Part shown: piece by piece, positions 58,430-64,000 of the stretch | How the letters are laid out: each line of letters opens with the position of its first letter | How positions within the stretch are numbered: position 1 is the stretch's first letter | Assembly: GCA_963767735.1 (NCBI GenBank) | Contig: CAVYES010000006.1 | Coordinates: forward strand, 32,001-96,000 | Direction: 5' to 3' | DNA: 64,000 nucleotides | Origin: Candidatus Bathyarchaeota archaeon | Lineage (GTDB): Archaea; Thermoproteota; Bathyarchaeia; Bathyarchaeales; Bathycorpusculaceae | The notes under the pieces: model-generated | Databases searched by the model: none | Told to the model about the DNA's origin: nothing | Seen by the model: the letters and a program-made list of their open reading frames with translations, nothing else | Translations under genes and position numbers: made by a program

Positions 58430-59721
58430 CTACCAAAAATCGCCGATGTTTAACTGCTTAACAGTTCCACGTGGCGGCTTAGGTTTAACTGCTGGAGCCT
58501 CAACACCTAAAACAAGCTGGCCATACACGCCATCGTACCCAGGAGTGACCTTAGCAGTGCCATTTCTTACTTTAATGATGGCTTCAGCAATCGGAGCATC
58601 CACCACTTTCACCAACGCTTCCAGTGGCGTGTCAATGAGCACCGTGTATTCATTCCCGAATTTTTCAACCAGCAAACTATAGTTTTTCCAAACCGCCTGC
58701 GTCGAAGGCGAATCAGTGCCAAGCACCGCCGCTATTATTTCGGATAGTGGAAGCAACCGCAAAAACCCTGGCACGCCTTCCTGTTTGAAGTTTACGGGTC
58801 GATCTGCTAGTTCTTCAACACGCTGCTCTACGCCTTTAGTGAGTTTTCTACGGCAAACTGGGCAAATATTGTTGAATTTTATGGCTTCTTGGGGTGAGAG
58901 GGATACTTTGCAGTTGCGGTGTCCCGTCCAATGGTACTTGCCATAGGCGGGGTCAACTTGAATGGTGAACTTGAATCTTGTTGGATCATTGCTTTTTATT
59001 GCGTCCGTAACTTCTTGATAAGTGAATTTTTCGAGTTCGAAAACGTTGGCTTCTCTGCCGATTCGCCATGGCCAAAAACTGTGGCAGTCGCTGTTGGAAA
59101 GAAGTGCGAATCTGTCAAGCTTGCTGAGGCGCCAGTTCATTGGTGAATCGCTGCTTAAACCAGTTTCTAATGCGTGAATATGCTTTGTCATGTCCTGGTA
59201 GCAGTCTTCCATGTTGTCAAAGCCGCTGAAGGCTCCGAAAACGCTAAACCACGGGGTCCAAGCGTGCGCTGGAAAAATCATGTTGCCGCTTGAAATAGCC
59301 ATAACTTGCTCGACAAGTTGTGGAGCAGTCATGTTTAGGATGGGTCTGCCGTCCGAGGATAAATCGCCAAAGCGTTTAAGCGCCTCATTAATCTGAGTAG
59401 CGGTCTCCATGCTCGGCGTCAGAATCACGTGGTGAACTTTTTTGGATTCACCCTTATACTCAAAGATAGTGCAAACTTCAGTCGTGAGCATAAAACGAAC
59501 TGGGGAATCCGTATTGCCCGTCAACTTGAAGAGACCCGTATCTGGTTCAGGCGTTAAGGTTTCTTTGATTTCCTTGAGCCATTCTGGATGGGTAAAGTCG
59601 CCTGTGCCAACCAATTTAACCCTTTAATTTTTGAGTAGCGAGCGATTTCAGTTATGCACATTTGCTCGCTTGTTGCCCGACTGTAACGCCCATGAATATG
59701 TAGGTCAGCTATGACTTTCAA
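58430..59721 (-). pseudogene. Endonuclease Q (PHP family), frameshift near 59615
   Basis: Upstream frame MKVIADLHIHGRYSRATS joins LVGTGDFTHP after a 1-nt deletion; PAHAWTP, SNSDCHS, GKYHWTGHRNC, CPVC, PGYDGVYG. Confidence 0.82.
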
Positions 59722-59805
59722 AGTTAGCGCCTAATCCCTAACGTGCCCTTTATCCATTTTAAGGCTTCGCAAAGTCAGCGCTAAAACAGCAAACGCTAAT
59801 CAGCT

Positions 59806-60373
59806 TTACTGTGGCTTGCAGTTTAGCTGATTAGTCCATGTTACCAGCGCTTCAATGAGTTGCTTGATAAGGGTTCTTGTCTGTTCATTGGTTACTTTGC
59901 CGTTGGCATCCACGTTGTCGCGCGGCAGAGGACAGCATGACTTCAGGCTGTTAACTGGGTGCATATTAAGAAAAACAAAACGATTGACGCAGATGATATT
60001 GCGCTCTGGCTCCGCCGAGCCTCCCAGTTGATGCACTCATGATGGCGACTGATTTACCTTGAAGCGGGTTATCCTTGATATGGTCTCGAAGCCCAGTCAA
60101 TCGCGTTTTTTAAAACCCCCGGGATTGAAAAGTTATATTCAGGCGTGGCAATCAACAGTGCATCTGCCGCTCTGATTTTTTCTTTAAACTCAATAACTTT
60201 TGCGGAGGATTGTTTTCAAGGTCTTGATTGAACGGTGGAATGCCCTCTAAATCGAAAACTTCCATTGCAACATTTTCTGGCGCAACTTCTACAGCTGCGC
60301 GGACCAAGGCTTTGTTGTATGAGCCTTTTCTTAGGCTTCCAGCGAAAGCAAGAATTTTGAATTGTTTTTCCAT
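59806..60373 (-). pseudogene. NAD(P)H-dependent FMN reductase (ChrR-like), about 5 indels
   Basis: GSLRKGSYNK; [23 protein letters not shown]; GGARAQYHLRQ recovered across frames. Confidence 0.82.
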
Positions 60374-60544
60374 AGAAATCACCAGTTTCTACGCATAGTA
60401 ACAATAAGCAATAAGCGGATTTAAGCTAGCCCTTGCTAGTTTTGAAAATCTTAGGGTCGCAAACACTAGAACACGCTCCTTTCTACTTTAAAACCGAGAT
60501 TTATTACCATATTCTTTTAAAGTTCCTTAAAGTAGGTTAGTTTT

Positions 60545-60945
60545 ATGCATGAGTGGGCTTTGGCTGAAGCAATCCTTAACATCGGCAAAGGAGATTGCTG
60601 AGAAGGAGAAGTTGAAGGAAGTTACAGAGGTCACCATTAGGGTCGGTGAGCTTCAGCAAGTTGAGCCGGGCATTTTGCGTTTTGCTATTTCGCAGATGAA
60701 GCCGCTGATTTTTAAGAACACTAAATTCCACATTTTAAAAGCCAAAACAACGCTTAAGTGCAGAGTTTGCGGAACCACATGGCAGTTTAACCTTAAGAAA
60801 ACTTGATAAAACCACTGCTGAAGCTATCCATTTTGTTCCTGAGGTAGCTCACACTTACGTTAAGTGTCCTAAATGCGGCAGTCCTGACTTTGAAATCGTC
60901 AATGGACGTGGCGTTTGGCTTGAGAACATAAAAGGAGCCAAATAA
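60545..60945 (+). pseudogene. hypA: Hydrogenase nickel chaperone HypA, two frameshifts
   Basis: MHEWALAEAI start at 60545; VGELQQVE, CRVC, AIHFVPE, CPKCGS, GRGV across three frame segments. Confidence 0.85.
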
Positions 60946-61694
60946 TGGTGGTTGACCCGCGGACAAGCGTAATTAACACGCGTTTAAGCCGAATAAGCCG
61001 AATTATCGCCGTTTCAAGCGGCAAAGGCGGCGTTGGAAAAAGCATGGTTGCAACCACACTCGCCTTAACTCTGGCGCAGAACGGCTGCAAAGTCGGGTTA
61101 TTCGACTTAGACTTCACCAGCCCATCAACCCACATAATCCTCGGCGCCCAAAACGTGCAGCCGAAAGAGGAAAAAGGCTTAATTCCGCCAACAGTTGACG
61201 GCTTAGAATATATGTCGCTTGTTTACTTCGTCGGCGACAACCCCGCGCCCCTGCGTGGAGCAGATGTTTCAAACGCTTTAATCGAGCTTTTAGCAGTGAC
61301 CCAGTGGGGTGCGCTTGATTTTTTGGTAATTGATATGCCCCCAGGTATCGGTGACGTAATTCTTGATGTGGTTCGACTGGTTGAACGTATAGAGTTTCTT
61401 ATTGTTACTACGCCTTCACTTTTAGCTTTTGAAACCGTTAAGAAACAGGTGGCTCTTCTTTGCGAATTAAAAATGTCGATAGTCGGGGTTATCGAAAACA
61501 TGAAAATGGACAAGGCAGAGGGCATCGCGGTGGAAACGGAAAAGTTGGGGCTGAAGTATCTTGGCGCAATTCCGTTTGACTCACAGGTAGAAGATGCGAT
61601 TGGCAACGAAGCAAAGCTGCTCACTACGGCAATTGGCACAAAACTTCAACAAATAACAAAAAGCACAATCTTAGCAGAAAAGAGAGAGCAGTAA
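60945..61694 (+). CDS. Mrp/MinD-family ATPase (probable ATP-type HypB)
   Basis: SGKGGVGKS, DLDF, DMPPG, ENM lacking the CxxC; start overlaps hypA stop. Confidence 0.8.
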   Translation: MVVDPRTSVINTRLSRISRIIAVSSGKGGVGKSMVATTLALTLAQNGCKVGLFDLDFTSPSTHIILGAQNVQPKEEKGLIPPTVDGLEYMSLVYFVGDNPAPLRGADVSNALIELLAVTQWGALDFLVIDMPPGIGDVILDVVRLVERIEFLIVTTPSLLAFETVKKQVALLCELKMSIVGVIENMKMDKAEGIAVETEKLGLKYLGAIPFDSQVEDAIGNEAKLLTTAIGTKLQQITKSTILAEKREQ

Positions 61695-61696
61695 AG

Positions 61697-62437
61697 ATGG
61701 CTTGCCTTAAAGCAGTAATATTCGATTACGTCGGAACTCTTGTTAACTGCAGAGGTTACAGTATGGAAGCTTCAAGGCTGAAACTTTACAGGGCGTTGGT
61801 GAGTGAGGGCTTCGATGTTACTGAAGATAGGTTCGTTCAGGCTTACATTGTGGCCCATGAGAAATACCGCAAGGTACGCTATGAACAGCTAAGAGAAGTA
61901 ACTAACGCAGTCTGGGTAGCTGAAGCGCTCCGTAGCCTCGGGTTTCAGGCGAACCCTGACGATTGCCGAGTCAAAGCTGCTCTCAACGTTTTCTTCCAAG
62001 ACTTCATAGATTCACTTGAGCTGCGGGATGGCGCGAAAAAACTACTCAAAAAAGCACAAGCCAACTGCAAAGTCGGCTTAATCACAAACTTCACCTACGC
62101 CCCAGTCATCTACAAAAGCCTACCATACTTGGAAATAAACGCGTTCTTCAACACAGTTGTTGTTTCAGAAGAGAACGGCTGGCGCAAACCATGCAGCCAA
62201 ATATTCCAAGACGCCCTCAAAAAACTCCAAGTCCAACCCAACGAAGCAATTTACATCGGCGACAGCCCAATCGAAGACATCAAAGGCGCCAAAGAAGCAG
62301 GACTAAAAACGGTATTTGTACCCTCACAATTCAACAGCATAGAAACCCTCGCTGAAAGCCAACAAAAACCAGACTATACAGCCAAAGACCTCAAAGACAT
62401 CTCCAAAAAACTAAAGAGCTTAATCTGTGTTCACTGA
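61697..62437 (+). CDS. HAD-family hydrolase
   Basis: FDYVGTLV, ITN, RKP, YIGDSPIEDIKGA. Confidence 0.88.
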   Translation: MACLKAVIFDYVGTLVNCRGYSMEASRLKLYRALVSEGFDVTEDRFVQAYIVAHEKYRKVRYEQLREVTNAVWVAEALRSLGFQANPDDCRVKAALNVFFQDFIDSLELRDGAKKLLKKAQANCKVGLITNFTYAPVIYKSLPYLEINAFFNTVVVSEENGWRKPCSQIFQDALKKLQVQPNEAIYIGDSPIEDIKGAKEAGLKTVFVPSQFNSIETLAESQQKPDYTAKDLKDISKKLKSLICVH

Positions 62438-62467
62438 AAACCCGATTCAAGCGCTAAAACAAAAAGC

Positions 62468-62545
62468 AACCCAAAACAAACCCTAACCGAAGCCGCTTAC
62501 CTATAGACCTGCCCTGATTTTTGTGTCAAAAAACAACCACAAAAA
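62468..62545. repeat. Dispersed intergenic repeat, copy 2
   Basis: Matches 19813-19852 in two blocks. Confidence 0.6.
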
Positions 62546-62574
62546 TGCAACAAAAAAAGAGAATAATAAAGAAT

Positions 62575-63807
62575 TTAGATTTTCTTTGTCTTAGTAGCTG
62601 TTTCTAGTGCTACAACGCCCGGCAGTTTTTTGCCCATGAGGAATTCTATGAGTGCTCCGCCTGCTGTGCTTATGTAGCCGATTTTTTTGCTTAAACCGTA
62701 TTCCTGTATAGCTGAGATGGTGTTTCCGCCGCCTGCTAAGCTGAAGGCTTTGCTGTTTGCGATGGCTTCAAAGACGCCTTTGGTGCCGTAGTTGAATTCT
62801 TTGTTCTCGTAAACTCCCATGGGACCTGAGACAACGATGGATTTGGCTTTGCTGATGAGGGCAGCGAATTCGTCAACAGTTTTCTTTCCAATGTCGAATA
62901 TGCTATATTCAGTTGGCAGTTTACTGACAGGAATTTCTTTGCGTTTGCCAGCCACATCTAACGCGACATCAGAGGGCAAAATTGTTTTGTCAGGGTACTT
63001 TGAGAGAAGCGCTTTTATGCCGGGCACAAACTGCATCAGCTCCTTCTTAGCGAGAAAATCCATGGTTTTCTTGCCTAAGTCGACACCTTTGGCTGCGAGG
63101 AAAAGCTGCGAAGTGACGCCACCGACAAGAACGTAGTCTGCTATGCCGTTATCCAAAACGTACTTTGAGATTTCAAGTGCGTCGTCTGCTTTGGCTCCCC
63201 CCATAACGTAGACGCATGGGTGCTCGGGTTTCTCAAGGGCTTTGCTCAGTGATTTGAGTTCGCGCTCCATTATTCTGCCTGCTGCTGAAGGCAAAACGGC
63301 TGTAAAGCCAACCATTGAAGCGTGTGCACGGTGTGCAGCGGCGAAAGCATCGTTAACAAACAAGTCTGCGAGTGGTGCGAGGTTTTGGACAAGTTCAGTT
63401 TTGCTTTGCTGCTCCGGTGTGCCGCTTTTGGTTTCTCCATCCCACGAACGTACGTTTTCAAGAACTAAGATTTCTCCGCCCTGCAAGTTCTTAATGGCTG
63501 CTTTTGCTTTTTCTCCAAAGAGGTCGTCGACATATTTTACTGGGCACTTTAGGATGTTGCCTAGAATTTCTGTGTGTTGTTTGAGCGTGGTGTAGTCTGG
63601 GTCTCCTTTGCGTCCCTGATGCGCCAGGACAACGGTTTTTGCTCCTTTTTCAGCCAGCTCCTTTAGGGTCGTTTCAGCGTGTGCTCTTATGCGTACGTCG
63701 CTTGTTACTTTCTTGGTTGCGGGATCTATTTCTGAGTTGAAATCTACTCGGACAAGGACAACTTTGTTTTTTACATCAAAATCATCCAAAGTTTTGTATT
63801 TCGCCAT
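62575..63807 (-). CDS. pgk: Phosphoglycerate kinase
   Basis: RVDFNS, AHQGR, LENVR, NDAFAAAHR, GGAKADD, ISTAGGALIEFL. Confidence 0.96.
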   Translation of the reverse strand: MAKYKTLDDFDVKNKVVLVRVDFNSEIDPATKKVTSDVRIRAHAETTLKELAEKGAKTVVLAHQGRKGDPDYTTLKQHTEILGNILKCPVKYVDDLFGEKAKAAIKNLQGGEILVLENVRSWDGETKSGTPEQQSKTELVQNLAPLADLFVNDAFAAAHRAHASMVGFTAVLPSAAGRIMERELKSLSKALEKPEHPCVYVMGGAKADDALEISKYVLDNGIADYVLVGGVTSQLFLAAKGVDLGKKTMDFLAKKELMQFVPGIKALLSKYPDKTILPSDVALDVAGKRKEIPVSKLPTEYSIFDIGKKTVDEFAALISKAKSIVVSGPMGVYENKEFNYGTKGVFEAIANSKAFSLAGGGNTISAIQEYGLSKKIGYISTAGGALIEFLMGKKLPGVVALETATKTKKI

Positions 63808-63876
63808 GTTACTCACTTCTTTCTGTTTAATTAAAAAAGAAAAAGATAGGAAGGATTTAAGTTTGTTTGCTTGTGC

Positions 63877-64000
<124 letters not shown>

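Noticed and set aside
60549-60806. 85-aa ORF as an independent gene
   Set aside because: It is the middle frame segment of frameshifted hypA

Overview
Archaeal chromosomal segment, most likely Bathyarchaeia. This is inferred from TFB, Alba, Gar1, L7Ae/S28e/L24e/L40e, an Elf1-like factor, Hel308, F420/H4MPT enzymes and a tRNA with a non-canonical intron. Contents in order: (1) surface-glycan biosynthesis locus (0.1-10.3 kb); (2) Fe-S/sulfur operon with a heavily degenerate IscS, IscU, an intact SufS and a small single-Cys protein; (3) hel308, purB, asnB-like, aspS, nusA-like, alba, lrp-sucCD, rpl40e, tandem DUF116 pair, tfb/gar1 and r-protein genes; (4) a six-gene DapL-type lysine operon; (5) an AbrB-PhoU regulator next to an F420-dependent mtd and an NAD(P)-dependent MtdB-like enzyme carrying an extra ~255-aa N-terminal domain, with an orphan FrhB/FpoF-like gene 2 kb away; (6) TET peptidase, archease, adk, rtcB, flippase, membrane hypotheticals, tRNA-Gly(TCC) with a 29/30 intron, cyclophilin, a wHTH/half-GT4/GT4 trio, tldD/pmbA, endoQ, hypA plus Mrp-type ATPase, pgk and the 3' end of a bacterial-type GAPDH. 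No CRISPR array or transposase was seen. Several genes carry 1-2 nt frameshifts, concentrated at 59.6-60.9 kb and probably sequencing errors. The best candidates for undescribed systems are the Mtd/MtdB pair (possible H4MPT-mediated F420H2:NAD(P)+ transhydrogenase cycle) and the pseudo-IscS/IscU/SufS/small-Cys operon. All family assignments come from motif recognition by eye; no searches were run.
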